Assembly (NCBI GenBank): GCA_965112735.1
Contig: OZ218963.1
Span: forward strand, 3,038,001-3,102,000
Reading direction: 5' to 3'
Source of the DNA: Phaeosaccion multiseriatum
Lineage: Eukaryota; Protista; Ochrophyta, other classes
DNA: 64,000 nt
The position numbers were made by a program, and so were the translations under genes. How positions within the stretch are numbered: position 1 is the stretch's first letter; each line of letters starts with the position of its first letter. Below are positions 1 to 12,110 of this stretch, in pieces. The notes beneath the pieces were generated by a model. The model had not been told where the DNA came from and searched no databases. It worked only from the letters and a program-made list of their open reading frames with translations.

Positions 1-129
1 AAGAAGAAAGAAGGGGGCTGAAACGTTACATCTTCGCGAGTTGGTTCTCCACGAGGGAACTTATCCCTCGGTCCTTTTTTGCTTTTTTCTTCCCTGCCTT
101 TCTTCTTCGGGCTGCTCTACGCATGGGGC

Positions 130-1621
130 ATGGCGGAAGAAGACGTACTTGTGCTCAAGATCCTCCTCGTGGGCGATCCTGGCTGTGGAAAGACGTCATT
201 AATACGACGCTATGTGGACAACTCCTTCACCGGGAGCGAGCAGCCCACAATCGGCATGGACTTTAGCTTGAAGGAAGTGGTTTTGGCCGGACAGCGCGTG
301 AAAGTGCAGCTTTGGGACATTGGTGGGCAGGATCACTCGGCTGCCAACCTCAGCAGGGTGAGAGTTTAGAAATCAGAAGAAGAGTTTTTTAAGGTCGTTC
401 ACCCTCATCCCCCCCCTCCCCCTCTCTCTCTCTCTTGAATTACACCACATGCGTCGTTCTCCATATTTCCAAGGTTTATTTTAGAGGCTCGGTGGGGGCG
501 TTCATCGTGTATGATATCTCCCGGCCATCGACCTTTGACGGAGCGACGACGTGGAAGGAGGCACTGGACGAAAGAGTCACACTTCCCAACGGAAAGCCCC
601 TGCCTGTTATCCTCATTGGGAACAAGAAAGACCTGGAGCCTAGTCTCGCGCAGGTTGACAACGAGTACATGGCGAGGTACTTGCTGTCTTCCCCGCCTCT
701 CTGAAGGCAGAAGTGCTTGGTCTCTCACTCTCTCTTTCCCTCTTCACCTCATGGAGCTGCGACTGTTGATCTGGTCGCGACCTTCCGACCTTTCCCCCCC
801 TGCCCCTCGCCTGCCGTCTTATTGTCCGTCCCTCCCAGATACACAAAAGAAAAGGGATTTATAGGGTGGAAAGACACAAACGCGAAGGTAGGTGTAGGGG
901 GTGGATGGGGCATGGGCAGCACTACTCGGCCCCTGACGGGATTCTGAGGGGCGGTGCACAGAATCCGGAATCCGCCCTGCAGAGGCCACCAGAATTCCAA
1001 ATCCCGTTTCCCTGACTTATTATTACGCACTATGACGTCATTCATTGCCTTATTTCTAAGGCGCACCGCCCAGAATCCGGAACCCGCCCTGCAGAGGTAG
1101 AGGTTACCGCAATCCAGAATCCGCCCTGCAGAGGCCATCAGAATCCGGAATCCCCTTTCCCTCAGAATCCCGTCAGGGGCCGACGCTACAGTAGAGACTC
1201 CACCACCTATCAGAGAGACTTGCCACCCCCGAGGAGCCAATATACATACTGTTGTAACTCGACGCGCGAGAGCATGTTGCCTACCCTTCTCCCCTGCAAT
1301 CGATCACCGCCCCCCATCCCCCCCCCCAACGATCCAACAACATCGCATGTAATTCCGTTCACCGATCCTCGCGGTTTTCTTTTTCCACAGGACGAAGAGG
1401 ACCCCGACTTTGGTTTGGCCCTCATGTGGCTGCTGGAGCACGCCTTGGACCACGTCAATATCTTTGGGAAGCGCGTGGGGGGGTCGTCAGCTGCTCGGCT
1501 GGGGGGGGGCAACAAAGGCGGAGGAGGGAAGGCGGGCGAGGACGGCGAGGAAGACATGATCTGGCTCAACGGCAGTAGCGCTTCCGCCTCGCATTCTTTT
1601 ACGGAGGATTGCTGTTCGTAA
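130..1621 (+). CDS. Rab32/38-family small GTPase (4 exons: 130-357, 474-676, 839-887, 1391-1621)
   Basis: GDPGCGKTS P-loop, TIGMDF, WDIGGQ (Rab32/38/29 have WDIAGQ), VTLPNGKPLPVILIGNKKDL like Rab32, C-terminal CCS prenylation motif; GT-AG junctions keep frame. Confidence 0.88.
926..1183. mobile_element. MITE-like element in Rab intron 3
   Basis: Perfect 25-bp terminal inverted repeat tcggcccctgacgggattctgaggg (926-950 / 1159-1183); internal direct repeats agaatcc(g)gaa(t/c)ccgccctgcagagg; no coding capacity. Confidence 0.8.
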
Positions 1622-1782
1622 CTTGGAAGTGTCGGCGGGGGGAGGATTGTAGAGGTCCTCACCCTGTGGCCGGCTGACACGAGTCATGAGTCATTCTGAG
1701 TGTATTCTCTCTAAAAAATTGTAAATACATTTATCTACAACGCGCCCCGCCTCCGCGGAGCCCCTTTTGGCTGTTCCAACCT

Positions 1783-3544
1783 TCAGCTGTCTTCTCGGCC
1801 GAGAGAAATGCCCATTTCTCTCAGCAGATTCGAAGCCGGTCCAGGCATCCCCCCCTGCGCGGAGAATGACTCCAAAAAGCTCTGAACCAGATTCACGTCA
1901 ACGTCCACAGGCGGCGCAGCATCCTCTTCCTCGTCCCCATCCTCCGCTTCCTGCCACATGGTGTCCAGTTCTTTCTCGCATCCATCTCCTTCCCTCTCCG
2001 CCGGTGCTTCGACTCCTCCTCCTGCTACTGCTACCGGTGCTGCTGCTGCGGCTCCTGGAGGCGGAGGTGGTCCGGCCTCACCTTCTCCGTTTGCCTCTGT
2101 CGGAGAGTGACCGAGAGGCCCCACGTGGCGGAGTGATCGCAAAGCATCCAGCGACTTCTCTCGGGCCACCTCGCTAGACAAAACCTCTCCCTGCACGTGC
2201 GGAGTGCTCTCAAAAGTCTTTCTGATGGACGTGGCTCCCAGCTGGGCATCCATGGCTGCCATATACTGCCGCAGAAAGTCATCTTCAGCCTCCTCCGCCA
2301 TGACTGCCTGGATAGTCTTGCCCTCCTGTTGTTGCTCCTCGTCGCCTCTCTGGCCCTGCTTCTGCTTCGTCTTCTGCTTGTTCCTGTTCTCCCTCTTTCG
2401 TGCCGACTCCGGCAACACCTGGCTCGCGGACTTCTCCTCCTGGCCCTGCTTGTGTTCCTGCTTCTCCTCCTCCTCGGCCTCATCGTCGCTGTCCACGTCG
2501 TTCATGACTCGGACAGCCAAAGTACGGGAGGAAAGCCCTTTCTCCCCAATGGATGCAAACACTGTCCTCGTCTCCGATCCGCTCGCTCTTCGACCAACTC
2601 CCTCTACTTCTAAGCCCCTCCCCCGCTGTCCGCTGTCATCATCTTCCTCATCAAAATCACTGTCTAGACCGTCATTATCGTCATCCTGGTCGTCATCGTC
2701 ATCGCTATCACTGAGCAGGGGTTTCGTCTCCCGCACCTCTCCTGCCCCAAAGAGGTTCAAGAAAGAATCAACGTTGAACTGTACGGCATCGGCCCCTCCC
2801 CCCTGGCGTGCAACCTCAACACCTTCGAGACCGGCCTCTCCTTCATCCACGAAAGAAGAAACTCCCGCTCGCATGTCGTCGAGTCGACTCTCCGCATCGC
2901 CTGGAGACGGTGTGCTCTCAGCGGCCTGCCCCTTTCCCCCCCGCCCATCCGAGCGTCCGTCCCCCCCTCCATTGCTTGACCAAGGCGCCCCATTGGCTTC
3001 CCCTGTGTCCTGCAGGAGGGCATCGAGGTCCTGAGCAGACACCACCATCCACGCGTCAGCACTATCTGCCACCTGCACAGGAGGGAACTCCTGCGCAACC
3101 TGATCAGCAGACAGCCGCGCCGCTTTCCGCAACCCCTTCTCAAGTTCTACAGCGGCTCTTTGCATAGTAACGGCACTGCCACCACCACCCCTCTCTCCTG
3201 CCGCTTCGCTTGTGCCCTCGCCACAACCGCCGAGGTGGGGGGCAAGGCCGGGAGCGAACAGCTTCTTCGAGCGGAGCCACTCCTTGGCGAGGGAGAAAGT
3301 CTCCGCCTGCTCTCTCTCGCCCAAGGCTTCCCCTCCTTCTGCAGTCTGAATCTTTGCCAATCTTTCTTTGAACAAGGCACATGCCGCGGCCCCCGGCCCT
3401 GCAAGCACTATCTCTGCCTCTGTTGCCATGGAATCAACGTCCCTTAGCCCCATGGTCAGCACAATCTCGCAGCCCATCATTAGCTTGAGGCCCAGATCGG
3501 CTGCTTTGGCCCTCTCCTCCTCTCCAAGCCTCGAGTGTATACCA

Positions 3545-3576
<32 letters not shown>

Positions 3577-5135
3577 ACTACTACTATTGCCACCACCATT
3601 GCCCTTGCCGCGAACATTCTCAAACCACCCCAGCGGTAGGCTCCTTGGGGCCGGGACGGGCTTCGAGTGGGCCAGCTGGGAAAACAGAAAGCGCGTGAAT
3701 GGACACCGCGCCTCCACAGTCGGGTAGGTAGCCGGGGCCGAATGTAGCAAGCGGCTTGCTTGGCCCGTCTCGGAGGGGTCCCTGTTGACAAAGGCTCGGA
3801 CAATGGGCGCAAGCAGCTGCGGAGCGTCCCGCAGGGCAAGGGCAAGGTGTGCGGGCAAAAAGCAGCGTACATGGTGCACATCCGTGTGCAGGGCTTTGGC
3901 CGGGTAGGCGCTGAGCTTGCGCAGGATGGCTTGCTCCACATCCACCGATTCTGCACACGCGGTGTCGCCGGACCTGCTCATGTGTCGCACCGCTGCCAGC
4001 CCTTCGTGTGTCGTGAGTTTGCCCGCCCCCAAGGTGAGCGCAGGAACCCCTTCACGGTTGGCGACTGCACCTGGTGGGACAATGTGCAGGCGACCGTTGC
4101 GGAGCCAGATGCGGTTCGTGCTGGTGATTGGTGTCAAGAAGGAAGGGACCACCATGGCCGCCTCGATGAGGAGGAACTCTCCGTCATTGTCCCGCACAGT
4201 CATGCTGAGCCTGCAGGTGAAGGTGTCAGGACGAAACGGCCCCCCCACAAAAGAGCGGCAAGAAGATCGTGAGCGGGAGAGCGAAGGAGATGAGATTGAG
4301 ACAGAGAAGGAGAAGCAAGAGAAGAAGATAAGTAGAGATTGCATAGAAGACGCACAACAAGAGCGGAAGTACACCTCGGTGGCTCGTTCTCACCCGCTGA
4401 AGCGCCGTGATGCCTCGAGGAGAAGGTACGTGACGAACCACTCGTCGCCATGGTTCTCGGCAAAGGTCATCTTCCCCCAGAGGTGCGGCTCCTCCTCTAC
4501 AGCTTCGGCCTGCTGCTGGGCCTGGGCCCCCGGCAGACGCATCGCGAGGGAAAACCCGTCGACATGCCAGATGAAGCCCTCGCTCCGCTCGTGAACGAAG
4601 GCCAGCACCTCATCTCTGACCTGTCCCCCCCCAGAGCGATCAACGCACACTTTAAACTAGGATAGGACCTCGACTGCCCGACTACACTATTGGCGGACTT
4701 CGAAACGGAACTACTCTGCCTCTCCTTCCGGAGAGGAGGTTTCGAACTGAGGGCACAACGATATCAAGAGCATCAAACACACACCTGTTTCAGGCGCTGG
4801 AGGCTTCCCCAGTTGTCCACGAAGATTTGATATTCCACAAACTCCAGCTCCATCGCGATTCTCCTTCTCTCCTCCTCGTCACCGCCGAGCAGCGTGTCCG
4901 AGGTGTGGTCATCCAGGGCCTGCTCCTGCAAAAAGTCGTCCAAGGAGGGCCCCTCTTGGCCCCATGTGAACTCCCCATCCTCCTCCGTCTGCCCCGCGCC
5001 GGCAGCATGGACAGCTTGCCGGAAGGCTCCCAGGCCTTCCCACTCCTCTCCGTCTCCGTCTCCGTCCAAGCCGCAGCTTTCCAAGTCCGCCCCCTCCCAC
5101 TGCTCCAGAGCATCGTCCACATCTTTAAAGTCCAT
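1783..5135 (-). CDS. ECD: Ecdysoneless/SGT1 (ECD) homolog (exons ~5135-4785, 4620-4394, 4210-1783)
   Basis: FIWH..FSL, HLWGKMTFAENHGDEWFVTYLL, DNDGEFLLIEAA..NRIW and C-terminal PVDVDVNLVQSFLESFSAQGGMPGPASNLL are hallmark ECD motifs. Confidence 0.92.
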
Positions 5136-5254
5136 GCACACTAGACGGAGCGCTCTCTCTTTCCTTCTCCGCTCTATAGAAGGCAGGGGAGGGTAATTTC
5201 GTAGTATATTACACCGGTTACAACTTACATCAAGAGCTCCAATACTGAGCCCAT

Positions 5255-5370
5255 AGACCTATATAAGATTTCTTCGTTATCCCATATGCCTCTAAATATG
5301 AAAATGCTGCACGCTCAGCGCTCTAACCATATGCCTCTACTTTTGTGCCTCTACACTGTACAATTTTTCC
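5255..5370. repeat. Repeat unit A of the transposon island (further copies at ~8143-8219 and ~8525-8620)
   Basis: aaatatgaaaatgctgcacgctcagcgctctaaccatatgcctctacttttgtgcctctacactgtacaatttttcc recurs identically at 8143 and in diverged form at 8553. Confidence 0.9.
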
Positions 5371-5794
5371 GGGAGAGGCGCATTTTTACCATGTCGAGGA
5401 GTCCGTACCCACGATTTTCCACGTCGAACCACGATTTTTCCATGTCCGTACCCACGACTTTTCCCACGTTGTCAGTGTTTTCCCCCTCCACTAAAGAGGA
5501 TCAACGCTTCTTAAGCAAACGTAGCTGCTACATTCCAGCAGCAGTAATGGACTAAGTATTACTCATGGCAGGCAGGTGGCAAGGTTGGTAGTAGCAGCAG
5601 CAGTTTTACAAGCAAAGATAGGTATTTTGTCCCGCCCAACAGCAGCAGCAGCAGCAGAGACAAAATGGAGGAGAATGAAGAAGCTGCAGTGCTTGCAGAA
5701 GTGCCTGATCTGCTCACTTACATGTCCAGTCGAGTTAGAGTACCTTGACTCATTTTGGCCTTGTCTTCATCCTACTTTGTATTTTCAATAGGTC

Positions 5795-7663
5795 TTGGCG
5801 CAGCGGGTCACCATGGTCTACTCGTTCTTCAAAGACGTGAAGGAGCCCTCAACCGGCCTACCCTTCTTCAACAGTAAGCACGCCGCCATCTTCAAGACTG
5901 CTATGAGCTACATCATGGCCGGGAGGCTTTCGGACAGGCCGGGAGTGGAGATGTATGTGTATCTGCGGACGACCAAGACTGGCTTGGCGATTTTCCGCTG
6001 CTTGCGCCAGAGCTCTGCGCTGGAGGGGTACCACCTTCACTTGAGGCTTGTGCTGTCTGCTCTGTCCAAGAGGGCAAGCGCGGAGCTGGTGGACGCCATA
6101 GTCAACGAGTTTGACTTTCGCTTCTCCATGAACGCTCTCCGCAAGCTCGGCAGATTCCCCTCTGATGTGTTCCACTACGACCTCGAGCTGCTTGAGCAAG
6201 TCGCAGCCTCGCTTGGCCGCCTGGGACTCCAAGTTCCAAAGGGGATGCAGGAGGGGTACACAGTACTTGATCGTTCTGCACCCCTTGTGCTTCAACAAGG
6301 CATGCACTACGCGTGGGAGGCGCAAAGGGAGGCATGCGAGGTGCAGAGCTCGGACGTCGCAGTAGCGAGTACCACCACTGCATCACCAGCGCAGCTGCCG
6401 ACCTCGCCTGTGTTCGAGTCTCTTGTGACAACGGGAGGTGCTGCTGGTCAAGTGCAGGAGGTGGCGGCGGGCACATCCAGGGGAGGTGAGTTTCTGGCAG
6501 CTCGTCTGGGGAGACAAGGGGAGCGGCTTCGAGGAACTCAGAAGCTCACAAAAGAGGAATTGGTGGCCTTGATGCGCGCGTCGATTCCTGAAGTGGGGGA
6601 TCGCTTCAAGGCAGATGCGGGCGGCTCTCTGGCCACCCTTGCCGCTCGCATGGGAGTGTTTCTTATACCATCCACTGCAGAGGCTTACTTGCAGTCTATC
6701 TTCCACGCAGAACTCGCGTACAACGAGCTCAGGAGCGGCGCCTTCTTCGAGAGTGTCCAGCGGCCCCTTAGGAGGGAAGTGGGCCCATCTGCAGCCGCCG
6801 CGGGAAGTGTGGACAAGGCGTGGGTGCAGGAGCTTCTGCCCAGTGCACAGACTCTCTCGGCATCACAAGGGGACTACGACGCCATCGAGGGGCAAGAGCG
6901 AGCAGAGAATCATGCTCCAGCTGCGGGGGAGGGTGGAGACCACTTTGGCGAGGACTACTTTGGCGGAGATGCTACGCAGGACACAACGTCTGCCACAGCA
7001 GGAGGCGGAGGAGGAGGAGGCGGGGGGGGGGGAGAAGGAGGAGAATCAGCTGTGGGAGGAGGAGGAGGAGGAGGAGGAGGAGGAGGAGGAGGAGGAGGAG
7101 GAGGAGGAGGAGGAGGAGGAGGAGGAGGAGGAGGAGGAGGAGGAGGAGAAGGAGGAGAAGAGGGAGGAGGAGAGGGAGGAGGAGGAGGAGGAGGAGGAGG
7201 AGGAGAAGGAGGAGGAGAAGGAGGAGGAGGAGGAGGAGGAGGAGGAGGAGGAGGAGGAGGAGGAGGAGGAGGAGGAGGAGGAGGAGGAGGAGGAGGAGGA
7301 GGAGGAGGAGGAGGAGGAGGAGGAGGAGGAGGAGGAGGAGGAGGAGTAGGGAGAGGAGGAGGAGGAGGGGGAGCAGTAGCAGCAGCAGCAGCAGGACCAG
7401 CACAGGCAGCAGCAGCCGCAGCACTCTGGCCGGCAGCGGGAGGATCAGGGGCAGGAGCAGCTATAGCGCCTGTAGAGGCTGCTGCTGCAGAGGGTGGTGT
7501 CGGGGAAGGTGAGAGTGCCCACGAGAGGCGGCAACGGAAGAAGAGGGAGGCCGCGAGAAGGAGAAGAAGAGACGCAGGCGAGGAGGGAAGGGAGAAGGCA
7601 AGGGTCCAGAAAAGGGCAGCGCGGGAAAGGCAGAGATTACGCCAGGCTCAGCACGGCCCTTGA
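5795..7663 (+). mobile_element. C-terminal fragment of a DDE-type transposase (Dada-like) with poly-Gly expansion
   Basis: GLPFF..I..G.LSD.PG..MY....TKTGL..FRC.RQSSALEG.H.HL...A..L.D..V.EF..RF pattern that I associate with Dada-like transposases; N-terminal part absent; preceded by a splice-acceptor-like ttttcaatag; basic NLS-like tail. Confidence 0.6.
7055..7345 (+). repeat. (GGA)n microsatellite, ~290 bp, in frame as poly-Gly
   Basis: Directly visible. Confidence 0.98.
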
Positions 7664-7863
7664 GGGTGAACTACACCTATCCGTGTACATAATTTGTATA
7701 TACAACGCATTGGTCTTCTTCAGTTGCCTCTACTCTCTCGCGCACGCTTCGTGGAGCATGTAGAGGTTGATCAGAGAGGGGGTGGCGCCGCAGGCCGGGA
7801 AAGTTTATAATTTCTTTTTTTTCTCCCTTTTTGGGCCGGCGCTCGACGGTATAAAAGTGAGCC

Positions 7864-8490
7864 ATTTTTCCTCCGGACCGGCTCCACACCGTCTTTTCGT
7901 GTATAGTTCAAGTAAGCCCCCCAGTTTACACAGCAAAGTGTGCAGCAATTAAAAAGGTAAGCTCGCCATCACCACCTCTTTTATTATCTCCGTCGTTTTG
8001 TCGTTCTCGTCATTTCGTGCCATATGCTTCCAATTTCTCCTCCTCCTTCCCTTCTCATACATACACACCTTCTCCCACTCCCCTTTCCCTCCTCCATTTC
8101 ACTTCTTGCCCATCCCAACCCTCTTCTCCTTCCCCCTTCTCCAAATATGAAAATGCTGCACGCTCAGCGCTCTAACCATATGCCTCTACTTTTGTGCCTC
8201 TACACTGTACAATTTTTCCTCCGGACCGGCTCCACACCGTCTTTTCGTGTATAGTTCAAGTAAGCCCCCCAGTTTACACAGCAAAGTGTGCAGCAATTAA
8301 AAAGGTAAGCTCGCCATCACCACGTCTTTTATTATCTCCGTCGTTTTGTCGTTCTCGTCATTTCGTGCCATATGCTTCCAATTTCTCCTCCTCCTTCCCT
8401 TCTCATACATACACACCTTCTCCCACTCCCCTTTCCCTCCTCCATTTCACTTCTTGCCCATCCCAACCCTCTTCTCCTTCCCCCTTCTCC
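7864..8490. repeat. Direct duplication of ~278 bp (7864-8142 and 8212-8490) separated by unit A; diverged partial copy near 10000-10090
   Basis: Near-identical segments at an offset of 348 bp; ccaaccctcttctc..gggcgcagcccgaagca.caccttgtaa recurs at 8463-8525 and 10021-10084. Confidence 0.9.
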
Positions 8491-10314
8491 CTGCCAAGGG
8501 CGCAGCCCGAAGCAACACCTTGTAAACCTATATAACAATTGTTTGGATTATCCTATATGCCTCTAAATGGGCAAAATACTGCACGCTCAGCGCTCTAACC
8601 ATATGCCTCTACGATTTTCCTCCAGATCGGCTCCCCACTGCCTTTTCCTGTATAGTACAGGCTCCCCGGTACCTCCTCCAGCACGCTGGGTGCCCCCTTC
8701 GTGCTTAAAGACTTTTCACCCGCTTTCACCTCCTTTCTGGCCAGCTCGCGCTGTGCCTGTTTTTTTTTTTTTTTGTTCTCTCTCTATCAAACCATTCAAT
8801 TCTCTTCGTCTGTCTTCTCTCCGGCAGCCACCTCTTCTCCTTCCCCTCCTCTGTCTTCTCTCCTGCAGACTTCGAGTCTTTCGCCTTCCCACCCACTTCC
8901 TCCACGGGGCAGCCGATTTCCTGCATGGAACACCTGCAGGCCCAGCAGCTCAAAGCCCGGAGGAGCGAGACGCATCGCAGCCAGGGCAACATGATGATGG
9001 TGAGCATCCCTGCTTCTTCCACACCCGCCTGTCCTTTCCTGCACCTTCTCCTCTCCTGAGCCGCGCTCTCCTTCCTTCTCCCACCTTCTGTGTCGTTGTC
9101 GGCTGTGCGCCGGCCTCCTTCGTCGTCTTTGCTGCTCCTGCTGCGCAATGTGTCCACCCGCCACTTCCTCGCCTCCGCCTCCTCCTCAGGTGTCTCCCCA
9201 CTGTCCTTCTCCTCATCGTTTCGTCTGCCCAACCCCTTCCCCTTCATTCCCCATGTTCGACCTAGTGCCATGCACAAGGCAGCTAGAGGCTACGACAACG
9301 AGCAGGGCCTCCTCTAGCAGGGCACCACTGCGGCGCAGGAGGTGCCTTCCCTTTGGATCGTCGGGAAAAAGTGTGGGTAAGTACCCCTTTGTAGGCAGGC
9401 AGTGTTAGCTTACTAGGTAGATACCTCCTACTGCTGACGAGGGCATGGCCTATGACGGCATTCTTGAAGTGAAGGCGTGCCGCGCAGACGGCCACAAACT
9501 CGTCGGTTGCAGCTCCTTCCCCATCACTGGGTACAGGATGTGGGAAGAAGGGAAGCAGGGGAGACATGGCCACGTACGCACCGAGCGTTTTTCTCAGGAT
9601 GAGGCTGGCCAGCGTCGATTTGGGAGTTGCAAATGGAGCAGTGCTTGACAGGGAAGGGCTCCTCGAGGGGAAATGCCCCCAGGACATTTTGGCCGACGTC
9701 GCTGGAAGAGCCGCACCAGTCAAGAGAGCAATTTCTTTTTTAAAGTGAAGACTCCACGCCATATGCGTTAACACCATTAAAACCAAATCATTAATACCAT
9801 TCACGACGTTTTCTTATCCACGAGACTCCGTCATCAAGACGCATCGCAGCCAGACCAACCTCCTCTTCCTCCTCCCCCTCCTCCTCCTCCGCCGCCAAGT
9901 CTTTCCACATCCTGCACTCGCCATTTGTGAGTCCCTCCTACTTTTGCTCCTCCTGCCCGCCTCGCCTCCCCCTTTCGCCTTCCTCTCCTCCACTCTCCCT
10001 TCTCCCACTTCTTGCCAACTCCAACCCTCTTCTCTCCTCCTCCTCCACCCTGCCGAGGGCGCAGCCCGAAGCACCACCTTGTAAGCTCTAATATAAATTT
10101 CACACCCGTAAGAAATGGTGAGGAGGGGGAGGGTCAGATGGCGACAGCCTTTCGCTACATGTATTCAACATTGCACACATGATTCCGATTAAGTCAATGA
10201 AAACCACCGTGGCTCGCGGCCGCGGGCCCCCGGCCCGGCGCGCGACCGCGGCCGCCAGAGATCGCCAGAGACCAAAAGAATAAAATAAAGAGGGCCGCCG
10301 CCCTCGGGGGCGCG

Positions 10315-11826
10315 ATGAGCGGGTTTGGCGCAAGGGGTGGGGGTTTTGGAGCGCCCAGAGGGACGACGTTCGGTGCAAACTCCCGCCAAGTAGCACCAGT
10401 TGCAGGCGGTTGGGGTAATAGCGGAGGTAAGAGCGGCAGCGGCTTCGGGAGCTCGAGTCGAGGCTTTGGAGGAGGGCGAAGCAACAACAACAACCACCAC
10501 CACCAGCAGCAGCAGCAACCACAACGTCAACAACAAAGTCAACGCCAAAACAATCGCCACAATAGTGCGGATGGTCGAAGCGGGAGGGGTTCGCAGCAGC
10601 AGCCAAAAGGCAGCGGCGGATTGCAGCAGACGTGCCGCAACTTTGCTCAAGATGGGCACTGCCGCTTTGGCGACTCATGCAGGTATGTGGCCGCCTCTTC
10701 CACCGCCGGGCCTTGGTGATGGGATCTCCAGTGCTGGCACGCGTGTTTGGAAGCTGCCCTGCGATATATACCGGAAAGATGATTCTGACATTTTCCTGCT
10801 TGTGCTATTTTGTCCTGCAGATTCGTCCACGAGAGCGGCGGCAATCGCGGCCAACAGCAAGGCCGTGGCTTTGGTGGTGGCGGAGGAGGCGGTGGTGGGG
10901 GCTTTGGCCGGACTGGAGGAGGAGGACACGACGGACGGTCGGCATCCCCTCACAGAGGCAAGGCGACTATTGAGTGTCAAGGACGCGGCGGATCAGACCG
11001 AAATGGCTTCGGTTCGGGGGGGGGCTTTGGAAGGGGCGGCTCGGCGCGATCCGGGCGAGAGCAGCAGCACGAGCACCAGCACCAGCGGCAGCACCAGGAG
11101 CCTCAGAGACGACAACAACAGTACCAGCAAAACAATCCACACCAGCCGCCGCAACGCTTTTCGTCTCCGCTCAGGCATCAACAGAGTCTGGGGGATGAGG
11201 ACATGGGAGACGACTTGCAACAAAGTTCGCAACAGCAGCAGCAACGGCAGAGGTTTGGCGGTAGTAGCGGAAGTGGGTTCGGCGGAAGAGGCACAGCTTT
11301 CTCTGCTGTAAGCGCCAACACGAGCAGGACCAGCGGCTTTGGAACCCCTGGTGGGGTTCAGAAAAGCGTTGGATTTGGTGCAGCGGGAAATGTCCGAGGC
11401 TTTGGGGGGAGAGGAGGAGGAGGAGGAGGAGGAGGAGGAGGAGGAGGGGGAGGAGGAAAAGGACAGAATACGGGCACGGGTGGGTGGGGCGGAGGCGGGG
11501 TCGGGGGAAGGGCCGGTAGTGCGCCCTTTCACAATGGAGGTGGGGTGGGGGGCGCCCCCAGAGCCCAGTCGTCGGGTCTGGCGGACCTGGTGGGGACAGA
11601 TGAGGTGGGTGGTTTCCGAGGAAGGAAGCCGCAGCAGCGGCAGCAGCAGCAACCGCAACAGAGCACGGCGTCAACCGCGGTTGATGCTGCACCCGTTGGC
11701 ACTCGGGAGTCGCATGAGCAGCAGAGAGGTTCGACGAAAGCAGCGAATGCGGCGGCGCTGTTTGACGGCCCTCACTTTGTGCTGGGATCCATCCCAGAGC
11801 TGCCCCCGCCGATCGACGCGGTGTAA
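10315..11826 (+). CDS. NUP42: Nucleoporin NUP42/NUPL2 (hCG1)-like protein (exons 10315-10682, 10821-11826)
   Basis: Many FG/GFG repeats; CCCH finger CRNFAQDGHCRFGDSCR|FVH split by the intron; C-terminal F.LGSIPELPPP matches the Gle1-binding tail of NUPL2. Confidence 0.82.
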
Positions 11827-12110
11827 ATAACAACAACGTATTATTGTATTATTGTATAATATATTATATATATTATTTAATATTAATTTCAAAAAAATAA
11901 TTAATATTAAATAGTACAGTGAAATACGTATGTATATATAAATATATATTTGTGTGCGTGTGTGTGTGGGGGGGGGGGGGGGGAGGGGTGTGGGTGGCAG
12001 GCGGTTTCCGTGCGTCTGCTTCCAGCGTCCCTTTCGAGTGTGTTGCGAAGCTTGTCGGTGCCGATGGGACGCTGGTAGTGAGGAGTGTGGTATTCGCCTA
12101 CTGTTGCCGG

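Noticed and set aside
6615-7512. Poly-Glu, poly-Arg and poly-Leu ORFs
   Set aside because: Alternative-frame readings of the GGA microsatellite; the same applies at 40707-41079 and 34025-34110 (poly-Tyr).
8726-9804. Minus-strand ORFs of 183 and 173 aa inside the first TE island
   Set aside because: No recognisable domain; probably decayed element-internal sequence.
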